A stretch of 64,000 nucleotides of DNA from Macrostomum lignano (lineage: Eukaryota), in NCBI GenBank assembly GCA_002269645.1, contig NIVC01001635.1, positions 1-64,000 on the forward strand, given 5' to 3'. This document shows, piece by piece, positions 37,201 through 50,845 of the stretch; position 1 is the first letter of the stretch, and every line of letters begins with the position of its first letter. A model generated the notes under the pieces. That model ran no database searches. It was not told where the DNA came from and saw nothing but the letters and a program-made list of their open reading frames with translations. A program made the position numbers and the translations under genes.

Positions 37201-40200
37201 AGGATCTGGGATCTAGGATCTGGGATCTAGGATCTGGGATCTAGGATCTGGGATCTAGGATCTGGGATCTAGGATCTGGGATCTAGGATCTGGGATCTAG
37301 GATCTAGGATCTATGATCTAGGATCTGGGATCTGGGATCTGGGATCTAGGATCTGGGATCTAGGATCTGGGATCTAGGATCTGGGATCTGGGATCTAGGA
37401 TCTGGGATCTAGGATCTAGGATATGGGATCTGGGATATGGGATCTAGGATCTGGGATCTAGGATCTGGGATCTAGGATCTGGGATGTAGGATCTGGGATG
37501 TAGGATCTGGGATCTAGTATCTGGGATCTGGGATCTAGGATCTGGGATCTAGGATCTGGGATCTGGGATCTGGGATCTAGGATCTAGGATCTGGGATCTA
37601 GGATCTGGGATCTAGGATCTGGGATCTAAGATCTGGGATCTAGGATCTGGGATCTAGGATCTAGGATCTGGGATCTAGGATCTGGGATCTAGGATCTAGG
37701 ATATGGGATCTGGGATCTGGGATCTAGGATCTGGGATCTAGGATCTGGGATCTAGGATCTGGGATCTAGGATCTGGGATCTAGGATCAAGGATCAGCCTT
37801 TACTTAGATTCAACTGACCTGCACAGAAAAGTCAAATGGTGGTCGAGATTGAGTCCCCAATTGCACTAGACCGTCATGTTGCGAGTGAATCAGCGTCTCA
37901 TCCAGATCTAGCACCAAAATCTTTCGTTTTACTCGACCTGTAAAAAGGGGGTTTTAGGCAATTCCAATTCAATAACATTAAAATAGCTATGAATTTATAC
38001 AGTAAAGCAATGACAACATACTTAATCGAAGCTTGGAATGTGGAGACAAAGGCGCAATGTCATATCTTATTGTTCTGTACTGTTGAATCTGCAACAAAAT
38101 AGTTTAATATGTGCCAATTACATCAAATACATTAGTTTTAATGGAAATAAAAATTTTAGTGGACAATATTTGAAGTTTTAGAAAAATGACTTTTTATCAT
38201 ATTTTTTGGCTGATAATTCATTAATTCAGTCAACCAAGGTTTGCACCTAACTAGCCACTTTAATTGTAAAAGCTATAAATTATAATCAGTAATGGTAATG
38301 ACCAGTGCTTTCATTTTAAAAAAGCTTAATATTACTTATCTTAATATTAATTCTTTAATTCTATTTAAAATTGAAATCAGTTATATGCCATTATATAAGA
38401 CTTAATTACTTAATAACCCATGGCCATTTGTGGCTATCAATTTTGATTGTATAAACAAACTATAGATAACAAAATAGATGCTCAATTTAATATGCTATTA
38501 TGAATAGGAAGGCAAAAATCAACAATAAATAAATTTAGTTAAGCAATGCATTTTGCACAATCTTCAGGTTTATTTTTGAGCAAAAGAAACAAGTGAGATT
38601 GGCAGTAAATAAATACAAAATTTTGGGGTGTAAATTAAATCAATATTTGAAGTACATGTTTGTTAGTCCATAAGTTGAGAGGCAAAGTCCAGGGACGGGT
38701 TGATAGCAATATAGTTAGAAGTACAGAAAGTACATCAGGATATATAGAAAGTACATCCAGAAAGTACATCCATCCATCCATGATGTTATATAAATCAAGT
38801 TTATAATCACAATAAAAATCAAAGTTTAAAATCACAGTTAAAAATGAGCAAAAGCTAAATTACACAGCATCATCTCTTCAAGTTATGTTACATGCAGCGT
38901 GTAAACAAACTGCAATAGGCTTCATTTCTATTAAACTAACTTTCTTAGAAATGTTCAAATTCAAAAACTCTATTACTTTGTTTTACTGTACAAATATTAT
39001 AAATATTCTGTATATTTCATATATTTTTATGTGTTGTTTTGTTTAAAACAGTAAGAAAACTTTACTATAAAAGGAAGCCAATTGAGGGCCAGGAAAAAAT
39101 AAAACTTGTTATGCTTGTTTTGAAATTGTTCTAGTTCAGCTATTCAAAGCCTTTTACTTTGTGTGCGATGAAAGTCAAATCAGCCTCAGGGCTTGTTTTT
39201 GCTTGTGTTACTTATTTTGAGTAGTAAATAGCAACTTAGGAATAGCCCCAAGATTGGGAGAGTTCAATCCATTCTTAGAGAATGAGACATTCAGATTTAG
39301 AATCTGAGAAATTGCCTTTAGAAGGCAGAAATCCTACAACAGGGTAGAGTAATCTAGACTCAGAGTCTATGGAACCCATCTCAGGCAGAATACCCAGCGA
39401 GTAAGCTGTGACCCTCTGATCCCAGGAATGCCTAGGACTGAGAGAATAAAAATTGTTAAGAGGAGTATAAAGATAAGATAGATAGTGCCATAAGACCACT
39501 CAGGCCAGTAGATAAATACATGTGTTACCAATAGATATATACGCTACTAGAAGTATAATATCTATAAAAGTATAAGTATTATATAGGAACTATTAGTATA
39601 ACTTTAGAGATTTATTGGAGAGATTTTGATAGAGAAAAGTTAGCCTTGTGACAACTTGGTAGCAGTTTGTAAGATTATATTAGGGATAAAAGTAACCCCT
39701 ACATCAACTTTGGTGGTAGCTTAAGGTAATTTATAGAGTAGGAATTAGAAAAAGTAGCTTTACAATTGTTGGTTGCATCATTGGGATTGTTTTAGAGGAT
39801 AGAAGTGACACCTGTAATAAAACTATAATAATTTTTCCCTTTGCTTTGAACTTCTGCAACTAAATTATATACAAATTAGTTAACTACACATTTAATACAT
39901 TTAATGTTATGCAATCATGCTAAAAACAATTAACATACCTACCACTAAATAGTCATTTTGTCTGCTGGCAAAACAAACTGACAAAAGACAAAATGACTGC
40001 ATCCCAAAATTTTTCACATACATGCCTTCTTCTTAACTATCTATGGTATATAAATAAGAATTAGTTGGAATTCTATATGGGTATTTCTACAAAAATGGGA
40101 CAATAGGAAAATTAAGCTTAACAATTTTTTAAATAAATATTTCTGAAGGTAACCTGCAATATACATACCCAATACCCCTTTAACCTATCTGAACTAGATG

Positions 40201-41320
40201 GGTAAAATGGCTGCCAGCCAAGGTAAGCTGCAAAATTGAAAATGAAAAGTTGGAAGAAATAAAGAAGAGGAAAAGAATGGGAAAAGAATGGAGGGACAAG
40301 AGAGGGAGAGAGAGGAAAGAGGAGAAAGAGAAGAAAAGAGATAAAAGGCAAGAAGTCATATACAAAGTGAAAATTAAGTTACAATCCGGGGAACTAAGTG
40401 ACAATCAACAGGAACTAAGTTGCAAATCTGGACAAAAGTAAGTTGCACCAGACAGATGAAATCTTGAGGTTGGGCATGTATGACCTGTAATTAAATACTA
40501 AAATCATGTTTTTAGATGAAACCATTAAGGTTTTTACACAAAAGTAACACTCTAATTAGAAAAGTATATGAGAACAAACTCTAAAATGCTTCAAAGTTGT
40601 GTAACCCGGCAATCTTATAGATGTCCACCCTTATAAATTTACTTTTTTGAATAACTTTTTGAATAAATACTTTTTTTAGACACATTTTTTATCTTTTTAA
40701 CTTGTATAGTATTCAACATTGTTTGAGAACATTTATAACTATTCAACAATTTAGTGCTTTACTATAAAGCATTTTTATGCTTTTTTGGGTATCATGATTG
40801 CTATTATATTTTTTATATTGGTCTAATAAAGTTTTGCAGTACTTTATTTCTTTATGTTTAACATAGACACTATTTTTATAGAGCAGTAATTATATACTTG
40901 TACAGTAAATTTCAAAAGGCTTGCTTGCATATAAAGTGTGCACTTAAAGTTAGGCCCTACAACTGTCAAAAGAAAAAACTTGAAACTTTCTAGGGCCTAC
41001 TAGATTTATCATTTATCATTGAAATTCAAAATAAAATTTCAATATAGGCCCAAGGTAGATGGGCCATAAGCTTTTGTCTTAGTTATTTAAAAAAGTCTGT
41101 TTAGGCCTAGCTAGGGCTTAGGCTAGAAAATAATTAGAAAATTCACCTATTTGGTAAATTAAATAAATATATCATTATCCATCAGACTTACTTGATGGCA
41201 TTGCTTTTTCATAAACAGTGAGCTGAAGCTACAGATTCGCGAGAAAATAGTTAATATGAAACGCATTGACGATAGTATTCTCATCTGCATCCACCTAAAC
41301 TTATTGTGTTTCATGCCCAT
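34262..41320 (-). CDS. CTDNEP1: CTD nuclear envelope phosphatase 1 (Dullard), 5 exons, 250 aa
   Basis: Exons 41192-41320, 38022-38088, 37819-37937, 36254-36554 and 34262-34398 total 753 nt in frame. They give [31 protein letters not shown] (HAD DxDxT), [29 protein letters not shown] and [11 protein letters not shown]. Confidence 0.93.
34512..36190. repeat. CTDNEP1 intron 4 12-nt satellite ACTGAGACAG(A/G)C
   Basis: About 140 units. Confidence 0.95.
36610..37790. repeat. CTDNEP1 intron 3 7-nt satellite GATCTGG/GATCTAG
   Basis: About 168 units, mostly alternating as a 14-mer. Confidence 0.95.
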
Positions 41321-43334
41321 GGTTTGGCAGTACAGCTATTATTAAAAATATAAAGCCTAGGCCTAGTAGATGTAGATCTCAAATCCAATCGTCGAGTTTC
41401 TTCTGAAATTATAAATCATAAGAAGATATCGGGAAGAAAATAACAAAACTACTAAGTAAAAACGACTAAAAAACAATCCGTCACGTAACCACACTACTAT
41501 GTACAGTCCAGTCCAGAGAAAGAGTTTGTATAGTATAAAAGCAATTAAATTTGATGTCGGCATGTCGCGATTACACGCGCCTTCTTGGAAATAAATTATT
41601 TTAAAATATTTGAAATAACTAACAAAGGCTTTGCTATTTATCTAGTTGTTTTTAGCTAATAGTGAAATAAATAACAAATTTAATAACATATTTACTTTTT
41701 TTAATTTTTTCTGAAATATTAATGAAATATACATTCTAGAATGCATGTATTTCGTTAAGCTTGCAGTTAACCACTTTAAGCATTACTGTAAGTAGAAAAA
41801 AAGGTACATTTTGTACATAATTGTTTTCAGAAATTTTAACCGGCAGTTATCTAACCATTCGATTCGACTAACACTGGCTGAACCGCAATTCAGATGTATT
41901 AAGATAAGTGTACAGATATATAGCTTTTATTTTTTATTATTTATTTCACTTGTCGAGCCAGTAAGTTCAAGAGACTCGAGAGCTTATAAGATTAGATACA
42001 CAAAACAAAAAAAAGATTTAACTCTCATCTCACTTGAATCACTTAATGAATTTTTGTTTGTAACAAAGGAAAATAATTTATGTTTTATAGACAGAGGACG
42101 TATAAATAAATAGCTGCATTTCTATGAACAACGTGATATTTAGCTTAGTATATCATAGCTTGGTTTCGTAAAAAGTGATAAGAACTGATAAAGTGATAAG
42201 GAATATGCAGCTATATAAGAGAGTACTAGGTTTGCAGAGTTATCAGGAGTTGTACGATTTTACTCTTGGATCAGCTGCTATATACTACATAGCTGTGTAT
42301 AAGTGGCTTGGCTATGATTCATCTATCCAGTCACTTCTCATCTGCATAACCCGGCCAGCGCACTCATTCCACTTCTAGCTGCTTTATTCTAAAATTGAGT
42401 CAGTGGAGCGAATTGTTCAAATAAATCCTCTAACCTTTAATATGACACACTCCTTAATAGACAGACAGCTGAGAATTTGCTTTCCCCTTATATCTTGATC
42501 GTTCCTCTCCCGCTGGATTATCCTCTCATTTTTCACTCTCTCTTGTCTCTTCCTCTCTCACTGCAGCCGCTGACTGTATCGACTTTGTCCCTAGTACGTG
42601 AAGGGTAAGGGATAGCAAAACCTCTCATTCCCCAGCCCAGCCCAACCCAATTCAAGGTCATCGCGCCTTCGTCAAGGTCTAAAAATAACCCATTTCCCCC
42701 AATAAATTGTACGCAAGTGACTCACTGCATGTAGTCTAGTTCCTAACCCCTTTCCGATAAAAAGAAGTTCTATTTTTAGTCGCGTCTATGGATTACTAAC
42801 TCCGTAATGTGTATGTGTTTTCCCTGCCATTCTTTTTAATGCTTTCCCTTGCTGACTAATGCTTCTCGGGGTGAAAAAAATGTTTTGTTTTACTTTGAGC
42901 TCTACCTTACGAAAACAAGACTCCACGCACGCAATTCGCACAAGCCCTTACCAGCACATAAAAATGAAGCTGGAAGTCAAGTGTGAAAAAAACAATTTAT
43001 TCTCGCTGTCGACGTTGGGATAATACAAGGGTAGGGTACTGCACTATTGCAATGTGTTATAATGCTCCTTGCATGTTATGTATAGAATTGCCTTGTACGA
43101 ATCGATCTGCAGCTTTAATTTTATGCCGGCGCGCACGAAACACGAAATTAACATTTTGAGGGCGTTGGGCAGGAAGTGAAGCGAAGTAAATAATGATACT
43201 ATACTAATACTATATTATAAACCGTTACAATTACAATTAACATTTAGCAAGTGCACTCACAGCTGCTACTTGCAAAACAGTTTTCATTCAGTTACTTAAG
43301 TTAAATAGTTGCTTACTTTACTATATAAAATGAA

Positions 43335-44196
43335 CAAGCTGTTGAAACCCGCGGATTTTGAACCCGGGGAATTCCAATCCCCGGAACTACTTTTGCATGT
43401 ATTCTGAAATCTAAGGCCATACCCCTGCCCCATACACAAACAAATTAATAGTTAGTAGGATAGAGGTAGACATAAAATGGAGCACATTTGTGTAAAATTA
43501 GGTTTTGAGGCAAACGTTGATATTGTTTGCTGGAATGCTAGGGTACTCCACAGAATGCCAGGCAATGTCTGTGTGACTCTAAAACATGTATTGGCAAACT
43601 CTGGCCTCTCCCTGACTCTCCCTATGTCCCTTGGATCCTTTAAAATTTCTATCGTCTCTTCTGTTTCCTTTCTTCTCTCATCCCTCGTCTCTCGTCTCTC
43701 CTCTCTCTTCTCTCCTCTCTTCTTTCGTATCTTCCCTCATCTCTCTTCTCTTTCATCTCTCTTATCTCATCTCTTCCCTATTCTTTTCTCTCTCCTCTCC
43801 TCTCTCCTTTCTACTTTTCGTTTTCTCTCTGCTCTCCTCTCTCCTCTCTACTCTTTCGTTTTCTCTCTCCTCTCCTCTCTCTTCTCTCCCCCTCTTCTCT
43901 CGTCTCTTCCTTCTCCTCTCTATTCTTTTCTCTCTTCTCTTAACTCTCTCCTCTACTCTCTCATCTCTCCTCTCTACTCTTTCCTCTCTCTCTCCTCTCT
44001 CCCCTCTTCTCTCGTCTCTTCCCTCACCTCTTTCCTCTCTCTCTTTCCTCTCATCTCTTTTCTTGTTTTATCTCTTCTCTCTCCCCTCGTCGCTCGTCTC
44101 TTCCCTCACCTCTTTCCTCTCTCGTCCGCTCTTTCATCTCTCCTTTCTCTTCTTTTATCTTTTCTCTCTTATCTCTTCTCGTTTCTCTCTGCTCTG

Positions 44197-44295
<99 letters not shown>

Positions 44296-46345
44296 CCCAT
44301 CTCTCTTCTCCTCTCTACTCTCTCCCCTCTTCATTCTCCTGTTTCCTCTTCTCTCTCCCTGTCTCTCCTCTCTCCTCTAGTCTCTGTAATCTCTTCTCTC
44401 TTATCTCTCCTCTGTTCTCTCCACTCTCCCATCTCTCGTCTGTTCATCTGCTCTCTCATCTGTCATATTTACTCTCTTGTACGTTCTCTCACTTATCTCC
44501 TCTGTACTCTTCTCTTCACCTCTTCTCACTCCTCTCTTTCCTTACTCCTCTCTTCTTTTCTTTTCCCTTTCTATACTCTCTCTCCTCTATTATCTTCTCT
44601 CGTCTCTCTGCACTCTCCTCTCACCTTTTTCATCTCTCATCTCTTCTTTGATCTGTCTCATCTCTACAATCTCATCTCTTTCCTCTCTCCTCCTCTTCCC
44701 TTTACTCTCTCATCTCTCCTTTCTCCCCTCTTCTTACACCCCTCTCTTATCTCTATCTCTTCTCTTCTCACCCCTTCTCTCCCCCTCTTATCTCCTCTCT
44801 TTTCTATCCTTTCTACTCTCTCCTCTCTAATCTCTCATCTCCTCTTGACCCTCTGTCATCTTCTTTCTGCTCTCTTATCTCTCATCTCTTCTCACTCTTC
44901 TCTACTCTCCTCTCATCGATCCTCTGTCTCATCTCTCCCCTCTTCTCGCCTTTACTCTTTCCTCTCCCTCCTTTCTCCCCTCCTCTCACTTCTTCCTCCC
45001 TTCTTCTCTGCTCTCTCCTCACCACTTGTCTCTCCTCTTATATTCCATGATTCTCATATCCCCCTCTCGCCTCTCCTCTCTTCTAATAGTCTATTCCTTC
45101 TCCTTTCCACTCTCATCTGGCCCGCACATAAGCTGGATTCTTTATCTGGCTTTTGAGGTAAAAGTCTGCCCATCCCTGCTTGGAAAGCCAGTTTGTGGGA
45201 CGTAGTACTCTCATGGCTGTTCTCATGCTTTGATCACGTCATTTTTCTTGCCAATTTGCAGCCCTGAAAGGAATTTGTGTATTTTCAGCTCCACTGCAGT
45301 CTGCATCAGTCTAACAACCAAGGAAATAAGCATTTCTTAGGACATTTAAAATTTAAAGTACTTTTAAGAGAAACCTAAAATTTCCATGGTGTGACTAATT
45401 TAGTAGGGTTGTATTGCATTGCATTGCATCGCATCGCCTTTTCATAAATCTTTCGCTTTTACAAACCATGCTGGATAGTGGATTCCCTCGATTTGCCAAT
45501 TGCCAATTGTCATCCACTGTTAAACTGCTGCAGAGTTTGCCAATACAGAGGGGAGGGCAGTGGTTAGAATTTCTCACTAAACTGTCATGGCTAAACGTAG
45601 CCTCTCCACTCTCGGGGTGCAGAGAAGGTTATAAATAAAGTTATTCCAAAACACTGTACATTTGCTATGTACATTCAGTCCTATCGCCTGACCCTTCGTC
45701 TGGCTCTGGGGGAATGAGTGAGTGAGTGGCACAAACAACAGAAAAAGCAGACAAACTTCACATGCTTACAGTTTCTTTTTCGCTTGAGTTAAAGAGTTGA
45801 AACTTTACATTTCGACAGAGAATGGGTCAATGAAGAATTGTATCAAGTTTGAAGTCAATCGCTTTACGTGGAGCAAACTTATGGCAGCTGAAAGTTAGTC
45901 AATTTTGAAACCCTTTTACACATCTGGGCCCAGATTGGGAAAGAGAGGCAGGCGGGCGGAGGTTGGGGTGGCTGTCTCGCTGAAAAAAGCAGACTAACTT
46001 TAGAAGTGAACAGCGCCGTTCGGGATTAACTTTGAAACTCGAAATTTTACACGATTGTGTCACAATAGTTGAAGATTGATTGTGTCAAATTTGAAGAGAA
46101 TCGGTAAAAGTGGAACGGCGCTATGGAGGATTAAGTGAAAAAATCGCGCATTTTGAGCAGTTTTTTGTACTTTTAGGTAGGAAGACTTGAGTCTAGGAAA
46201 TTTAAAGGTAGCCTAAGACATTCTCCGTAGTAAGTTTAGGGTGGGTGTAAAGTTTGGTGTAATTTGGTTGAGCGGTTTGGGAGTCCATAGCGAAGTAATT
46301 TGTCCACAGACAGACAGACAGAGTTTTGATTTTTATAGGTAGAGA
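43335..46345 (-). mobile_element. Non-autonomous Helitron copy 1 (~3.0 kb) with CT-rich core
   Basis: On the minus strand it starts TCTCTACC with (TCTG)n and ends with GC-rich hairpins (CCGGGGA/TCCCCGG 43364-43384; imperfect CCCGGG...CCGCGGG) about 9 nt before CTTG, followed by T. No Rep/helicase ORF. Three similar copies in the window. Confidence 0.8.
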
Positions 46346-47052
46346 CAAGCTGTTGAAACCCGCGGATTTTGAACCCGGGGAATTCCAATCCCCGGAACTA
46401 TTTTTGCATGTATTCTGAAATCTAAGGCCATACACAAACAAAAACTTGTTAATAGTTAGTAGGATAGAGGTAGACATAAAATGGAGCACATTCGTGTAAA
46501 ATTAGGGTTTGAGACATTGTTGGCTGGGGTACTGCGCAGAATGTCAGGCAATGTCTGTCTGACTCTAAAACATATATTGCTAAACTCTGGTCTCTCCCTG
46601 ACTCTCCCTACGTCCCTTGGATCCTTTAAAATTTCTATCGTCTCTTTGTTTCCTCTCATCTCTCTCGTCCCTCGTCTCTCCTCTCTCCTTTCTCCCCTCT
46701 TCTCTCGTATCTTCCCTCATCTCTCTTCTCTTTCATCTCTCTTATCTCATCTCTTGTCTCTTCTTTTCTCTCTCCTCTCCTCTCTCCTCTCTACTTTTTC
46801 GTTTTCTCTCTCCTCTCTCCTCTCTCCCCTCTCCTCTCTCCTCTCACCCCCTCTTCTCTCTGATCTTCCTTCTCCTTTCTATTCTTTTCTCTCTTCTCTT
46901 AACTCTCTCCTCTAATCTCTCATCTCTCCCCTCTTCTCTCGTCTCTTCCCTCACCTCTTTTCTCTCTCTCGTCTTTGCTCTCTCATCTTTCCTTTCTCTT
47001 CTTTGATCTTTTCTCTCTTATCTCTTCTCATTTCTCTCTGCTCCCCCTTCTC

Positions 47053-47084
<32 letters not shown>

Positions 47085-47105
47085 CTGTCTCTCTCTCTTA
47101 TCTCT

Positions 47106-47188
<83 letters not shown>

Positions 47189-47667
47189 GTTTTTCTCTAA
47201 TCTCTCTTATCTCTCCTCCTCTCTCTACTCTCTACCCTCTCCATTCTCCTCTTTCCTCTCCTCTCTCCTCACTCACTTCTCTACCTTTGTCTCTCCTCTC
47301 TCCTCTCCTCTCTCCTATCTTCTTTCGTATCTTCCCTCATCTCTCTTCTCTTTCATATCTCTTATCTCATCTCTTCCCTTTTCTTTTCTCTCTCCTCTCC
47401 TCTCTCCTCTCTACTTTTTCGTTTTCTCTCTTCTCCTCTCTCTCCTCTCTCCCCTCTTCTCTCGTCTCTTCTCTCACCTCTTTCCTCTCTCTCCTCTCAT
47501 TTCTTTTCTTGTTTTATCTCTTCTCTCTCCCCTCGTCGCTCGTCTCTTCCCTCACCTCTCTTCTCTCTTGTCTGCGTTTTTATTTCTCCTTTCTCTTCTT
47601 TTATCTTTTATCTCTTATCTCTTCTCGTTTCTCTCTGCTCTGCGCTCTCTCTCTCTCTCTCTCTCTG

Positions 47668-47718
<51 letters not shown>

Positions 47719-49718
47719 TCTCCTCTCCCATCTCTCTTCTCCTCTCTACTCTCTCCCTTCTTCATTCTCCTATTTCCTCTTCTCTCCCTGTCTCTCCTCT
47801 CTCCTCTAGTCTCTGTAATCTCTTCTCTCTTATCTCTCCTCTGTTCTCTCTACTCTCCCATCTCTCGTCTGTTCACCCTCATCTCTGCTCTCTCATCTGT
47901 CATCTTTACTCTCTAATACGTTCTCTCACTTATCTCCTCTGTACTCTTCTCTTTCACCTCTTCTGACTCCTCTCTTTCCTTACTCCTCTCTTCTTTTCTC
48001 TTCCCTCTTCTATACTCTCTCTCCTCTAATATCTTCTCTCGTCTCTCTGCACTCTCCTCTCACCTTTTTCATCTCTCATCTTTACTCTCTCATCTCTCAT
48101 TTCATTTGTCTCATCTCTACAATCTCATCTCTCCTTTCTCCCCTCTTCTTACACCCCTCTCTTATCTCTATCTCTTCTCTTCTCACTCCTCTCTCCCCCT
48201 CTTATCTCCTCTCTTCTCTATCCTTTCTACTCTCTCCTCTCCTCTTGACCCTCTGTCATCTTCTTTCTGCTCTCTCATCTCTACTCTCTTCTCACTCTTC
48301 TCTACTCTCCTCTCATCGATCCTCTGTCTCATCTCTCCCCTCTTCTCACCTTTACTCTTTCCTCTCCCTCCTTTCTCCCCTCCTCTCGCTTCTTCCTCCC
48401 TTCTTCTCTGCTCTCTCCTCACCACTTGTCTCTCCTCTTATCTTCCATGTTTTCTCTTATCCCCGTCTCGCCTCTCCTCTCTTCTAATAGTCTATTCCTT
48501 CCTTTCCACTCTCATCTGGCCCGCACATAAGCTGGATTCTTTATCTGGCTTTTGAAGTAAAAGTCTGCCGATCACTGCTTCGAAAGCCAGTTTGTGGGAC
48601 GTACTACTCTCATCGTTATTCTCATGCTTTGATCACGTCATCTTTCTTGCCAATTTGCAGCCCTGAAAGGAATTTGTGTATCTTCAGCTCCACTGCAGTC
48701 TGCATCAGTCTAACAACCAATGAAATATGCATTTCTTAGGCCATTTAAATTTCAAAGTACTTTTAAGAGAAACTTAAAATTTCAATGGTGTGCCTAATTT
48801 AGTAGGGTTGTATTTCATTGCATCGCATCGCCTTTTCATAAATCTTTCGCTTTTACAAACCATGCTGGATTCCCTCGATTTGCCAATTGCCATCCAGTGT
48901 TAAACTGCTGCAGAGTTTGCCAATACAGAGGGGAGGGCAGTGGTTAGAATTTCTCACTAAACCGTCATGGCTAAACGTAGCCTCTCCACTCTCGGGGTGC
49001 AGAGAAGGCTATAAATAAAGTTATTCCAAAACACTGTACATTTGCTATGTACATTCAGTCCTATCGCCTGACCCTTCGTCTGGGCTGGGGGAATGAGCGA
49101 GTGAGAGGCACAAACAACAGAAAAAGCAGACAAAATTCACATGCTTACAGTTTCTGTCCTGATTGAGATACAGAGTTGAGACTTTACATGTAGGCAGAGA
49201 ATGAGTCAATAAAGAATTGTGTCAAATTTGAAGTCAATCGCTTCACGTGGAGCAAAACTATGGCAGCCGAAAGTTAGGCATTTTAAAACCTACTCACACC
49301 CTTTGCCCAGATCGGGAAAGAGAGGCAGGCGGGCGGAGGTTGGGGTGGCTGCCTCGCTGAAAAAAACAGCCAAACTTTAAAAGTGCACAGCGCCGTTCAG
49401 GATTAACTTTCAGACTCAAAATTTTACATGATTGTGCCAAAATAGTTTAAGATTATCTGTGTCAAATTTGAAGAGAATCGGTAGAAGTGGAGCGGCGCTA
49501 TGGAGGATTTAGTGAAAAAATTGCGCATTTTGAGCAGTTTTTTGCACTTTTAGGTAGGAAGACTCAAATTTAGGAAATTAAAAGGTAGCCTAAGACATTC
49601 TCCGTAGTAAGTTTAGGGTGGGTGTAAAGTTTGGTGTCATTTGGTTGAGCGGTTTGGGAGTCCATAGCGAAGTAATTTGTCCACAGACAGACAGAGTTTT
49701 GATTTTTATAGGTAGAGA
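46346..49718 (-). mobile_element. Non-autonomous Helitron copy 2 (~3.4 kb), fused to copy 1
   Basis: Same termini as copy 1; its CTTG end directly abuts the TC start of copy 1. Confidence 0.8.
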
Positions 49719-49819
49719 AAAAATTAAAATAGCCTAAAGCCTGCTCCGGAAAATTTGCAGTTTTCCCATATAAGTTTCAACGTTGACTTGGCAGAATTGT
49801 AGGAGTTCACTTGCTACAT

Positions 49820-49850
<31 letters not shown>

Positions 49851-49873
49851 TCGCGTCGGTTTTAGTATTAGGA
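49719..49873 (-). mobile_element. 5'-terminal fragment of a related Helitron-like element
   Basis: Minus strand reads A^TCCTAATACTAAAA then (TCTG)n, the same architecture (TC start, microsatellite) as the 5' ends of the three full copies but a different sequence. Confidence 0.5.
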
Positions 49874-50237
49874 TATTGTTACTTGTTAGTGTCCAAACTG
49901 GGGAAGTCGACCCCCGGTAGCTTGTCGGGGAATTGGACCGGGGACCCCCGGGGAGTAAAAATATTTAAAATACATTCGTAACTTAATTTTTGCCATTTAA
50001 CTAAGAAAATGATTCACAGGAAGCACTCCGTTTATGCTTTTTCACTGCATAACTGCACTCCATTCACTGCATTACGTTTGAATGAATGTTGCTGATTGCT
50101 CACTTTTCATTGCTCATTCCTGTTGCTATCCATCCAGTTGCTATATAATTCCATAACTGTCGGTTCTTCTCACAAGCGTAGCTGCTAAGCGTGTATTTTC
50201 AGCCTCCGGACTCTTTCTGACAAAGGTGCCCACACCT

Positions 50238-50395
50238 GGGGCGGATTTAATTGCCCACCCCCCTCTTGTGGCTGGCGATGATGGCGCTACTTTTCAAGAA
50301 AGATCCTCACCGCCCCCCCGCCCTCAGTTTGCTTAAGTATTGCGCCCCCCTAGTGTATATTATGGCGCCCCCACTCCTATGGGTAAATCCGCCCC
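50238..50395. mobile_element. Decayed MITE-like element (158 bp)
   Basis: Perfect 12-bp inverted termini GGGGCGGATTTA (50238-50249) and TAAATCCGCCCC (50384-50395); no target-site duplication found. Confidence 0.5.
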
Positions 50396-50724
50396 TCCTA
50401 GAAAATCGAGTGTGGGCCGTGGCGTCTTTATACGTCAGCTGTCCGTGAATAATAATTATTATTATTGATTACACCTGCTTAAATAGACAGCTCAGTCGCA
50501 GCTATTGCGCGGCGCATCTGAATGCGCAGGGGGGGGGGAGGCAAAGGAGACATAAAAAAAATCAAAGAGGGAAAAATCAGAGAGACCAAGCGCATTTTTG
50601 TCAAAATACAAAGTCACCCCCGGCCCCCCCGCCCCCCCCCCTTGAGTCTTTATCATTCAGTCTCCAGAATCCGCCCCCCCTCAACAAATCTGATTGCGCC
50701 ACTCATTGTCTGGAGAGGCTCCGA

Positions 50725-50845
50725 ACGGCTGTTCAGTCCAAGGACAAGTACTGGGGGTCAAGACTAAGTGGTTCCAGAATCGAACCCCCGACTTTTCAGT
50801 CTTGAGTTCGACGCCCTAACCATAACCAACTAGGCTACAACCCCG
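50725..50845 (-). mobile_element. tRNA-derived SINE head or tRNA pseudogene
   Basis: Minus-strand box A TAGCCTAGTTGG (50826-50837) and box B GGTTCGATTC (50777-50786), 39 nt apart; acceptor stem does not close, so not a functional tRNA. Confidence 0.5.

Noticed and set aside
40118-40500. Possible extra CTDNEP1 exons (VIHAQPQDF..., [15 protein letters not shown])
   Set aside because: Exon 38022-38088 matches the conserved sequence and phase far better, and these candidates lack a compatible donor.
45130-45330. Protein-like minus-strand frame in the Helitron (ELKIHKFLSGLQIGKK...)
   Set aside because: Several in-frame stops in both copies translated (1 and 2) and no recognisable family.
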